This document shows positions 22,434-31,344 of a stretch of DNA of 64,000 bases, one piece after another. The stretch lies in the NCBI GenBank assembly GCA_963674595.2, contig CAXXFV010000023.1, forward strand, positions 448,001 through 512,000, written 5' to 3'. The DNA comes from a bacterium (lineage in GTDB: Bacteria > Zhuqueibacterota > Zhuqueibacteria > Residuimicrobiales > Krinioviventaceae). A program made the position numbers and the translations under genes. The notes beneath the pieces were generated by a model. It did not search any database. It was not told the DNA's origin and was given only the letters and a program-made list of their open reading frames with translations. How positions within the stretch are numbered: the first letter of the stretch is position 1; each line of letters starts with the position of its first letter.

Positions 22434-23654
22434 TTATATAATGTGCGCAATAAAAAAATCAGTTTGTGAACTTGCTTTGATCGTGTAATTTTTTAATAAA
22501 GCCGGAACAAGTATGACCTGGCCTTTTGAAAAAGATTCCGTATCATTTGCTGACCATTGTATGTCCAATAATCCTTCTGTTATGAGTATGATGTGCAGGC
22601 TGTTGCATGTCAGTTCGGTTTTTTGGTTTTGTTCCATTTTGTAATTAGAAATTTGAAATTCACTGATTGGTACCTGATAGTGTGTTATATTTAATTCATT
22701 ATTGGGCTGCATAACAGGAACAGGTTGTGTTTCCCATGTCAGAATTTCCGCCAATGTTTCCACGTCTTTGAACTTTGGCGTTAAACCGGCACGGACCACA
22801 TTATCGGAATTTGCCATACATTCGACAATATTACCTTTCAAATAAGCGTGCGGAATACCGGCATTTAAAAATACACCCTGTCCCTTTTTCAAATAGACAA
22901 GATTTAAAAGAAACAGCGAATATAATCCAACGTCTGTTCCGTATTTTTGGCGTAATGACAAAAACAGTTCTTCAGCATCGGAGAGATCGTTTGATTTTGA
23001 CAAACGGTTTTCCAGATTTCGCAGGGATGTTTCCAGTTCATCTTCATGTGTTTGTGGTTTTTGCATGAGCGTGGAATATAATATTTTTATTTCTTTTGAG
23101 GCGTTAGTATCAGATTGATTTAAAAAAGATCCCACTATATCCGAACCGATAAAGTCAGCCATTTCCTGATAGTTTTTCAGAACTGTTTTTAATTCGGGGA
23201 TTGTTTTAAATCCAACCAGCGCTGTCAGGTTGTCCAGAGCTATCGCTATTTCCGGTTTGTGATTGTCATCCGGATAATTTTTGGGGTCGCGTTTGTGCAG
23301 CATTTCTGCCTGTTTTTTGTTGGGATGTGCTTGTATGGAAAGGGCTTCTCCGGCGGAAAGGACTTTGAGCAGAAACGGTAATTGATTGTTAAATTTTTCA
23401 GCGACGTTTGCTCCTAAAATTTCCCGAGGATTTTTTTGAATATATTCATCAAGGTTCATTTCCATGTCGTCAATTTTTACTTTGGAAGGAGCTTTGGGAT
23501 GAACACCAATCCATAATTCTGCATAGGGTTTGTCTTTTATAATATCTTTGCCGATTAATTGGGGTATAAAGGCCTGTTCATTTCTGGTGCCCCATTCATA
23601 GTGCTGCACACTGCTTTTTAAAACAAGTGGTTTGATCTGATCTTTTTGTAACAT
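22434..23654 (-). CDS. manA: Mannose-6-phosphate isomerase, class I
   Basis: QHYEWG, AELWIG.HP, LSIQAHP, NHKPE, HAYLKG and SDNVVRAGLTPK motifs. Confidence 0.95.
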   Translation of the reverse strand: MLQKDQIKPLVLKSSVQHYEWGTRNEQAFIPQLIGKDIIKDKPYAELWIGVHPKAPSKVKIDDMEMNLDEYIQKNPREILGANVAEKFNNQLPFLLKVLSAGEALSIQAHPNKKQAEMLHKRDPKNYPDDNHKPEIAIALDNLTALVGFKTIPELKTVLKNYQEMADFIGSDIVGSFLNQSDTNASKEIKILYSTLMQKPQTHEDELETSLRNLENRLSKSNDLSDAEELFLSLRQKYGTDVGLYSLFLLNLVYLKKGQGVFLNAGIPHAYLKGNIVECMANSDNVVRAGLTPKFKDVETLAEILTWETQPVPVMQPNNELNITHYQVPISEFQISNYKMEQNQKTELTCNSLHIILITEGLLDIQWSANDTESFSKGQVILVPALLKNYTIKASSQTDFFIAHII

Positions 23655-23777
23655 TTAGGTTCCATTCATATTTTATTTTCAGATTTAATTTTAGGTAATT
23701 TAAAAATTGTTTTGCAAAAATGAAAATAATTCCTTTTACTATTGGATATTGAAACGTGATATATTTTTGGAGAAAAG

Positions 23778-24707
23778 ATGACAGTTACACGTCCGGTGAT
23801 CATATTTGACACTGATATCGGTAATGATATCGATGATGCGCTTGCATTGGTGATGCTGCATTCCTATGTGGACATGGGATTTATTGATTTTGCTGCAGTG
23901 ACCATCAGCAAGGATAATAAATGGGCAGCGGTTTATACGGACATCGTTAACCGGTTTTACGGTCATTCGTATATACCAATTGGTATTGTCAGGGATGGTA
24001 AAACGGAGGATACCGGACCATTTATCAAAACTGTTTCCGAAAAAATGGGTAAGGACTTTTCTTCCTTAACCGATATTGAAGACGCTGTGACCCTGCAAAG
24101 AAAAATTTTGAGTGAATCGGCTGACCAGTCTGTGGTTTTTGTTATTGTTGGTTTTTCAACAAATATTGCCCGGCTTTTGCGGTCTCAACCCGATGACATT
24201 TCCCCGTTAACCGGGATGGAGCTGGTACGTAAAAAAGTCCGGTTTATGTCCATGATGGCCGGGAATTTCAGCGACCATCCGGAAAGAGAATATAACATTT
24301 TTATTCATCCGGAAGCGGCGCAGTATGTCTTTGCAAACTGCCCTGCGCCCATTATTTGCAGCGGCTTTGAAGTGGGCATCTCTATCGAATATCCTGCAAA
24401 AAGTATTGAAAATGATTTCAATTACGTTGATTATCATCCTGTTGCCGAGGCCTATAAGGTTTTTATGAAAATGCCCTATGATCGGCCGTCCTGGGACCTG
24501 ACATCGGTTTTATATGCTGTCGAACCGGATGCTTACTGGTTCACCTTGTCATCTCCGGGGAAAATCCGTGTTGATGCTAATGAGTTGACAATTTATCAAA
24601 AAGATGAAAACGGAAAACATTTTTATCTAAAAGTTGATGATATTCAGCGTGAGAATGTAAAGAACAAATTAATAGAGCTGGTAACGCGTTTACCCAGGAA
24701 ATTTTGA
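23778..24707 (+). CDS. Inosine/uridine-preferring nucleoside hydrolase family protein
   Basis: FDTDIGNDIDD motif, MAG, EYNI, SWD. Confidence 0.85.
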   Translation: MTVTRPVIIFDTDIGNDIDDALALVMLHSYVDMGFIDFAAVTISKDNKWAAVYTDIVNRFYGHSYIPIGIVRDGKTEDTGPFIKTVSEKMGKDFSSLTDIEDAVTLQRKILSESADQSVVFVIVGFSTNIARLLRSQPDDISPLTGMELVRKKVRFMSMMAGNFSDHPEREYNIFIHPEAAQYVFANCPAPIICSGFEVGISIEYPAKSIENDFNYVDYHPVAEAYKVFMKMPYDRPSWDLTSVLYAVEPDAYWFTLSSPGKIRVDANELTIYQKDENGKHFYLKVDDIQRENVKNKLIELVTRLPRKF

Positions 24708-24731
24708 CTTGATATAAATTATCTAAACTAT

Positions 24732-26132
24732 ATGAGCCATAAAAACTCCAAATTACGTTTTATAAATTGCTGCAGGAAATTCAGCCGGATTTTATTTTTA
24801 ATATTTTGTACAAACAGTATCCTTGCCGGCAATACATTCGCACAGGAACAATCTGTTTTTAAAGAACGATTGTCCGGTATGCTTTACAGTTCCATCGTAG
24901 CCGATGCTATGGCTGGTCCCAGAAAAGGACGCTCAATTGAAGCGACGCAGAATTTTTTAGAACTGGGTCACTGGATAAAATCTTTTGCACCTTATTCCCT
25001 GGAACAGCAGCAAAATGGAGAGGTATATAAACAAAATGCCGAACCAGGTACATTTACCGAAGAAAGCAGGATGCGGATTTTGATGGCACAAATTTTAATT
25101 GAAAATCAAAAACAACGACCTTGTCAGCCGGTTTTAAAAGAATTTTTAGCCAAAGAGATCATTCGCAGCTATCAGAATGCATTTGATGATTTTATGTTGT
25201 TTGATTCAAATTATCACAAGATGATACAAGAGGAGAGACCGCCGTTTGACGAATTTCGAAAACAGAAATATTTAAAAATGGCCTTTTTATGGGAATTGAC
25301 AAAAATTTCAACTTCGGTTTTTATACCTCAGGACGTACCTCTTTTTTCTCCTCCATACAAAATACATCATGATAATGTGATACCTGTTGGGATTGCCGAT
25401 GACTGGCACCTTGATCCGGTTGAACCGGTTTTGGTACAGGAAAATATAAAATCCGAATTTGCTCAAAACGCTTATGCGGCCGGTAAAGAGATACCGGTCG
25501 GACTTGTAGGGCTTTTACCTGCAGCCGCCTACTTTGCCGGAAATCCGGTCGATGCCTTTCAATATATAATGGATTTGAATTTTTTTGACATCGGAACGGC
25601 CCCTTTTTATACAGCCGTTCTTGGAGCTGTTGTGGCAGATTTGTTGGGTGGTAAAAACTGGCCGGATATTACACAAATTATTATGGATAATGGTTTGGAC
25701 AGCTATCTCGGAACAGAAAAAAACGCTGTAATTTTATCAATTGAAAAAGAGTTTAACCAGGCTGTTGTGATGGCCCGTCATTTTAAAAATAAAACGAAAA
25801 TGGATACAAAAGAACAACTTGTTTCCTTGATTTATGAATTGCATTACGTCGCTGTTGACGATTCAAATATGTGCACAGTTCCCGAGCTGTTTTTCTGTAC
25901 TGTGGCTTTAATGGAATACGCTCAGGAAATTCCTTTGCTCATTGAAGCGGCGGCAAACTATGGACGGGACAATGACACGCTGGCGTTTATTGCAGGTTCT
26001 GTTGCCGGTGCCTGGCTTGGGGTAAAGAATGTGCCTGCTTCCTGGATTGAAACGGTTGAACAGGCCAATTCCGAATATTCTTTAATGGAGATATTTTCAA
26101 ATTTTGAAAATATCTTTTGTGTGCCGGAGTGA
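24732..26132 (+). CDS. ADP-ribosylglycohydrolase family protein, exported, with degenerate motifs
   Basis: GMLYSSIVADAMAGP, GTFTEES and NYGRDNDT...GSVAGA motifs. Signal-peptide-like N-terminus. Confidence 0.7.
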   Translation: MSHKNSKLRFINCCRKFSRILFLIFCTNSILAGNTFAQEQSVFKERLSGMLYSSIVADAMAGPRKGRSIEATQNFLELGHWIKSFAPYSLEQQQNGEVYKQNAEPGTFTEESRMRILMAQILIENQKQRPCQPVLKEFLAKEIIRSYQNAFDDFMLFDSNYHKMIQEERPPFDEFRKQKYLKMAFLWELTKISTSVFIPQDVPLFSPPYKIHHDNVIPVGIADDWHLDPVEPVLVQENIKSEFAQNAYAAGKEIPVGLVGLLPAAAYFAGNPVDAFQYIMDLNFFDIGTAPFYTAVLGAVVADLLGGKNWPDITQIIMDNGLDSYLGTEKNAVILSIEKEFNQAVVMARHFKNKTKMDTKEQLVSLIYELHYVAVDDSNMCTVPELFFCTVALMEYAQEIPLLIEAAANYGRDNDTLAFIAGSVAGAWLGVKNVPASWIETVEQANSEYSLMEIFSNFENIFCVPE

Positions 26133-26143
26133 GGTATTAAATG

Positions 26144-27028
26144 TTAATTAATGCTTTGTTTACTTGATACTATCTCGTCCAGCAGCTTTTCACTTTCCTG
26201 TAAATTTTTGAATTCTTTAACACCAAATATATATTGCCCTGATCGGGTTATCAATACTTTACCCTGATAGGCCGGTTCTGCTAAAAATTTGTTTTGCTGC
26301 AACTCTGATATTTTTCCTCTTTTTAAAATATTGTTTTGATATTCCTGAAATGCTTTATCTGCTTTTTGATCGTCCGGAAATATGATGACGAATGCCTGGC
26401 ATGTATCTGCCGGAAGAGCGTATTCAGCAATCATGGTGTTTTCAAATATTGTCTGGCCCATAAATCCCTTGGGTATGTATTTTAATGATCTGGGAATTTG
26501 ATTTTGATCGGTGAGCAGGGTTATTTCCGACGGTACCGGAAGGTCGGGTATTTTTTCTGCGATTGCGTTGGCGGTTGAATACAATTTGTCCGTTACAAAT
26601 TTTTTATCGGACCCGGCATTTATTTGTACAAAAAAGCGGCCCTTGTAAAAACGAATATTGTATATGGAGGTAATTGCTTCCGTACCGATTTTTTCATAGG
26701 TCAAATTGGGATAACGAAAGCTGCTGTAAAGACCGAATGCATTGAGCGAACTTTGCATGTCGTAAATATCTACGGTCAGCGTTGCCGCTTCATCATCGAC
26801 ATTTATCCAGGAGGCGGTGAGCATGTGTTTAAAATGATAATCAATATAATGCTCTGCTTCACCATTGATATATTCGAACAGGTTTTCCGGCGTATAGAGC
26901 TCGGGTTCAAAATCAACCTGCCACTGACCATCTGCCGTTATATCAGGGATGTATTGCAACAGTGGATTTTCCGAGGCTTTTGCCGTTAATGCAGAGAGTA
27001 TGAATATAATAAAAAAAACTTTTTTCAT
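26144..27028 (-). CDS. Exported hypothetical protein (DUF6599-like)
   Basis: NLFEYINGEAEHY, DIYDM....AFGLYS and FYKGRFFV motifs. ATG 27028 follows GGAGG and opens a signal peptide. Confidence 0.65.
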   Translation of the reverse strand: MKKVFFIIFILSALTAKASENPLLQYIPDITADGQWQVDFEPELYTPENLFEYINGEAEHYIDYHFKHMLTASWINVDDEAATLTVDIYDMQSSLNAFGLYSSFRYPNLTYEKIGTEAITSIYNIRFYKGRFFVQINAGSDKKFVTDKLYSTANAIAEKIPDLPVPSEITLLTDQNQIPRSLKYIPKGFMGQTIFENTMIAEYALPADTCQAFVIIFPDDQKADKAFQEYQNNILKRGKISELQQNKFLAEPAYQGKVLITRSGQYIFGVKEFKNLQESEKLLDEIVSSKQSIN

Positions 27029-27120
27029 TTTTATGTTGCCTCCGTTTTTCATTTTTGGATATAATAGGCAAGTTTTCTTGCTTTAGCAAGAATAAAAAGC
27101 TTGAAAAGAAATATGGTGCT

Positions 27121-28206
27121 TTATAGAGCTTGTGAAAGTAAAAAAGGAAAGAACCTGAAACCGAGTCCGGTAATGACCTGATTGTCCTGAGTCAGATTGA
27201 CAAACAAAGACGGGGAAAAATGTTTTGTTTTTATCATACCGGGATAAACATTTAATCTTGCTTTATAGCCTTTTGTCCCGGACAGAATTAAAGATGCAAG
27301 AAGTGAATTGTTTCGGTCATAAAAAACACCACATGTCCATATCAACTCTGTCGTTAATTCCCGGACATTGTTTTCATGTTGTATGTTTATTAGATCTTTG
27401 GCAACCAAACCACCGGCCACAGAAAAACATTGTGTTTTTGTTCGATTGTAGGAAAGACCGAGCATTCCATGACAACCCCAGTGATACATGATCTGGAATT
27501 TTTCTGTTTTAGGAATATCAATTTTTATAACAAAGTTTTGTCCGACGTTATATATTGATTTGTGTCTGAGATTAATCCCGGATAAAAACGACCAGTCCTG
27601 CATGTGTAACGTATTGCGGAAAAAACGGCACACTTTGTCTGATGAAAATATCAGAACTCCCAAAGGATTAAAAATATAAAAATCTGCAACAGGATCGACA
27701 TTGGGCCCGATATAATTATTATTTTCCACCACTTCATTTAAAAAATGTGTTGTCATAAGTGACGAAAAGGCCAGTAATCGGGGATGCCTGAATCCTTTAA
27801 TTTTATACCAGTCTGAAAATTTTCGATATGTAAAACCGCCGCCGATCATATGCAGAGAATAATTGGGAAAGTATTGGGCATTTTTAAGCTTAATTGAACT
27901 CGGAAACACCTCCTGACGCAGAAAATTGTCCCATCCATATTGCTCTATCGCTGTTATTGGGTGCGATAAATTGTATGAGACATTTTTTATACCCTGTTCA
28001 AAGGCAATGTCCGGCAAGTGATTGTTGCGATTGCTGATTTGCAAAATTCCCATACCGCTGTTGACCAAAATCCACAATGGTGAATACAGGGATTCCGACC
28101 CGTATTCCATAGGGGTATAGAATGTTAATGTCTCTCCGTGGGCGGTTTTTATCCAGAGTACGGAGAGACAGAAAAATAGCAGAACGATTTTTCGTGCGGT
28201 TTTTAT
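27121..28206 (-). CDS. Hypothetical exported / outer-membrane protein
   Basis: The 329-aa ORF from ATG 28110 extends in frame to ATA 28206, which adds a signal peptide. PNYSLH..GGG and NE.VEN motifs, beta-rich C-terminus. Confidence 0.6.
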   Translation of the reverse strand: MKTARKIVLLFFCLSVLWIKTAHGETLTFYTPMEYGSESLYSPLWILVNSGMGILQISNRNNHLPDIAFEQGIKNVSYNLSHPITAIEQYGWDNFLRQEVFPSSIKLKNAQYFPNYSLHMIGGGFTYRKFSDWYKIKGFRHPRLLAFSSLMTTHFLNEVVENNNYIGPNVDPVADFYIFNPLGVLIFSSDKVCRFFRNTLHMQDWSFLSGINLRHKSIYNVGQNFVIKIDIPKTEKFQIMYHWGCHGMLGLSYNRTKTQCFSVAGGLVAKDLINIQHENNVRELTTELIWTCGVFYDRNNSLLASLILSGTKGYKARLNVYPGMIKTKHFSPSLFVNLTQDNQVITGLGFRFFPFLLSQAL

Positions 28207-28267
28207 GGCTTTCCCTTTAATTGATTTAATTTGGGTGGAAAAGGTTTAGATTCGGAGTTGATAAAAA

Positions 28268-28816
28268 TCAAGATAACATGATCTTGACGGCAATAACCAA
28301 AAGTATGCAGGCCCCGAAAACTTCAGCTTTTTTACCGATAATATGTGCCAGGCGTTTACCCAGGGCAATACCGGTAATGGTCATTAACGCGGCAACGAGC
28401 CCGATGACCAGACATGGTTTAACAAGCGAACTGCCTATAAGACCAATGCCAAGCCCAACGCCGAAAGCATCAATGCTCGTGGCAATAGAAAGGGCAACAA
28501 GGGTCCAGCCTTTGGTAAGGTCTTTTTTCCCTAATTTATCTTCATTTTTGTCGCAAAACACTTCGTGAAGCATGTGGCCGGCAATAAGTATCAAAATTCC
28601 GGCTGCAATAAATTTATTATACTGTGAAAAGAGTCCGGCAATTTCATAACTTGTCAGCCACCCTAAAATCGGCATAAAGAACTGGAATAATCCAAAGTGA
28701 AATCCCGCTCTGAAATATTGTCTGAATTTGGCGCCCCTGCTGCCGACAGAGACGCCGACTGAAAATGCGTCTGTTCCTAATCCTATGGCAAGAATCAAAA
28801 TTTCTAGTGCTTGCAT
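28268..28816 (-). CDS. mntP: Manganese efflux pump MntP family
   Basis: LGTDAFSV, FGLFQFFMP.LGW and ATSIDA motifs. Confidence 0.88.
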   Translation of the reverse strand: MQALEILILAIGLGTDAFSVGVSVGSRGAKFRQYFRAGFHFGLFQFFMPILGWLTSYEIAGLFSQYNKFIAAGILILIAGHMLHEVFCDKNEDKLGKKDLTKGWTLVALSIATSIDAFGVGLGIGLIGSSLVKPCLVIGLVAALMTITGIALGKRLAHIIGKKAEVFGACILLVIAVKIMLS

Positions 28817-28848
28817 GTTTCTCTAAAAATGGTTAAAACACGGCCCAA

Positions 28849-31200
28849 TTAAAGGGCCGTTGTAATGCTGTTTTGTAGTCTGTTTAATCTTTTATCTTTT
28901 TCCAGCGCAAATTTTTCAATTCCTTTAAACAACCAATCTTCAGACAGGTGTGCTTCTTCGAGAATTTCATCAATAGTACCGCCTGAGCGCCACTGATTGT
29001 CCCAGTCTGAACTCATTGCATATTCTCTTGAAAGTTGAGAAGAAATCCAGTTGTACATATTGCGTCTGGCAGCGTTTGTAATGACAGTTGAGTTTATCCA
29101 ATCTGCGTCGGAAACGAGTTTGTGCCTGTATTCTGCCGGTTGGAGATAAAAAAGTTCGTGGCTGACAGCAGCGATTAATTTGACATTCAATCCTGCCTGT
29201 TTTAAACGCGGCAAAAGTTTGATGACGTTTAAAGTCGTGCTGGTGCCTTGGACAAAGATTGTTCCCATTTTGGGTAAACCAGGATCATAGTCCCGAATCA
29301 AGTAAGCGCCTTTGGCGGCCTCAAAATGAGAAGCAACTCCCAGTTTTTCTCTGTCCGGAATTTCAATTGCCGGTCGGGTCAAATGCAGGGCAATGATTGG
29401 TGCTTCGGTTTGCAAAGCAGCTCCCAACAGGACCGGTACTTCGTTATGTTCCCAGGGGTACAGATTTATGACATGACCTTTGGGGAAAAGTTCGGTAACA
29501 CCGGGAGAAAAAATGCCAAAATGTGTTCTGGAATCGTCGGCTGTTTCCGGACCGGAATGGCCGGCCACCCAAATGGTCTTTCCCAGCTTTATATTACTGT
29601 CCTGCGCCATTTGGCTAAACAGGCGCATGGGACCGTATTTTAAATAGGAAAATGAGCCATAGGTGCTTGAAGCTGAATAAAATCCGCAATAATCCTCAGA
29701 GGGATTTTCTGCAAAATTTACCGAAGAGAGTCCGGCACAAATGCCTGCATTGGCAAATTCTGTAATTTCCATCGGCAGCAGGCTGCCGGTTGGATTGGTT
29801 TCGCGGTTATAAACACCGAATCCCGGAGCGCCGGCCCACTCTTTGGCAAAACCGGAAATATTGGTCGAGTCGGCAAGGTCGGCTGACATGACGATAAATA
29901 AGGGGCGTCCGTATTTTTGCTTTGCAACGGAATTGACATAGGCGCCGAATTTTGCCAGTGCATTTCGGTTGGCGGCTTTGCTGCCGGGTTTAACAAAAAC
30001 GTCGGCCGGGTATTTGGTAAAATCTACAATGTCCGGGTCTTTACCCGGATCTGTATTACAATTAACAGTAACTTTTGTTCGTAAATCAGGGATCATTTCT
30101 GCAATTTCAATCAGTCTGTCTGCGGTATAATCCAGCAATCCCGGCTGTGAATCATAAAGCGACATGACCTGTTCCAGGTTTTCCTTGGTTGCCTGAACTT
30201 TGTCCTTTTCAGAGTCAGGGGCAGGCTGATTAACGTCCTGGAAGGTTATGCCATATTTATCCATAAAAGGCTTTTTCGTTTCCCAGAATTTTTCACTGTT
30301 CATTGGGCTGTGCGGTACGCCGTGGGATTTGTTGTCAAAAATTCCGTAACCGCGTCCCTTTAATGTTTTAAAATATGATGCATTTGGTATGTTTTTGTCC
30401 TTTTGCCCATAAACAGCGTCTAAAATTGTTTGTGTTACGTCCGGCCATTCCATACCGTTTTCCGTTCCGGTAACGCGCCATCCGTGCGCTTCAAACCAGT
30501 CTCTTGGCGTACCGTAAACGACATGGTTGATGGGTGTATTGTCAATGCCGAAATTGTTCCAGTCAATTAAATAATAAAAATTATCCAGTCCCAGTCCATA
30601 AGCTGAATTTTGGGTTTCGTGAACACCACCCGGCGTTAAACCGCCTTCGCCTTCCATGGCAAATACACGCACATCGCCTGCGCCTGCCAGTTTTAAAGCC
30701 ATGGCCTGACCTGCTGCGGCTGGGGAGCCGTGACCGGAAGGTCCGGTGTTGAATTTAAAAAACTGTGTTTTGCCTTCCATTTCAGCATGTCCCGGTAGCC
30801 CTTTGTTACGACGCAGGGTCAGCAGGTCTTCATAAACAAGCTGTTGATTTTTAGCATCATTAACGGCATAAATCGATTGTCCGGTTTTTTGTAACTTGCG
30901 CCGCAGAGCTTCGTTAAGGACCGCCAGTGTAGCATATACCAGCGGATTTGTGTGTCCGGCAACAAGAATAAAACGATCGGCAAAAGCTTTTTGTGGATTT
31001 CGTATGTCCCAGCGCATGGCCCCACTCATTAACAGCGAAAGCAGCATGTGGACTTTGGAACGGGAACCGCCGGGGTGTCCGCTTTGTCTCAGGTTGAGCA
31101 TAAGATCAAGACTTTGGTCGATCATATCTTTTAACATTTCCCAATATTTAAAATTGGGCGAGGAGGTCTCTAGGTATTGGAGTACGGTATTATCCTTCAT
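28849..31200 (-). CDS. tkt: Transketolase (long, divergent single-chain type)
   Basis: SGHPGGS, DRFILVAGH, GLPGH, TGPSGHG, KGRG, SADL..ST and HSG...ADD.RTH motifs. Confidence 0.85.
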   Translation of the reverse strand: MKDNTVLQYLETSSPNFKYWEMLKDMIDQSLDLMLNLRQSGHPGGSRSKVHMLLSLLMSGAMRWDIRNPQKAFADRFILVAGHTNPLVYATLAVLNEALRRKLQKTGQSIYAVNDAKNQQLVYEDLLTLRRNKGLPGHAEMEGKTQFFKFNTGPSGHGSPAAAGQAMALKLAGAGDVRVFAMEGEGGLTPGGVHETQNSAYGLGLDNFYYLIDWNNFGIDNTPINHVVYGTPRDWFEAHGWRVTGTENGMEWPDVTQTILDAVYGQKDKNIPNASYFKTLKGRGYGIFDNKSHGVPHSPMNSEKFWETKKPFMDKYGITFQDVNQPAPDSEKDKVQATKENLEQVMSLYDSQPGLLDYTADRLIEIAEMIPDLRTKVTVNCNTDPGKDPDIVDFTKYPADVFVKPGSKAANRNALAKFGAYVNSVAKQKYGRPLFIVMSADLADSTNISGFAKEWAGAPGFGVYNRETNPTGSLLPMEITEFANAGICAGLSSVNFAENPSEDYCGFYSASSTYGSFSYLKYGPMRLFSQMAQDSNIKLGKTIWVAGHSGPETADDSRTHFGIFSPGVTELFPKGHVINLYPWEHNEVPVLLGAALQTEAPIIALHLTRPAIEIPDREKLGVASHFEAAKGAYLIRDYDPGLPKMGTIFVQGTSTTLNVIKLLPRLKQAGLNVKLIAAVSHELFYLQPAEYRHKLVSDADWINSTVITNAARRNMYNWISSQLSREYAMSSDWDNQWRSGGTIDEILEEAHLSEDWLFKGIEKFALEKDKRLNRLQNSITTAL

Positions 31201-31344
31201 CGTAATTCTCCTTTTGGTTTAAAAAGGCTGTTTGGTAATAAAGTTTATCCGGCACTAGAAATTAAAACTTTAACCCAGAAATGCAAGGGAAATAAAAGGG
31301 CGGGGCCGGATGTGAAGTAATGAACAGTTTTTACATGAATTGTA

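Noticed and set aside
28817-28848. yybP-ykoY (Mn) riboswitch expected upstream of mntP
   Set aside because: Only 32 nt separate mntP from tkt, too short for the element.
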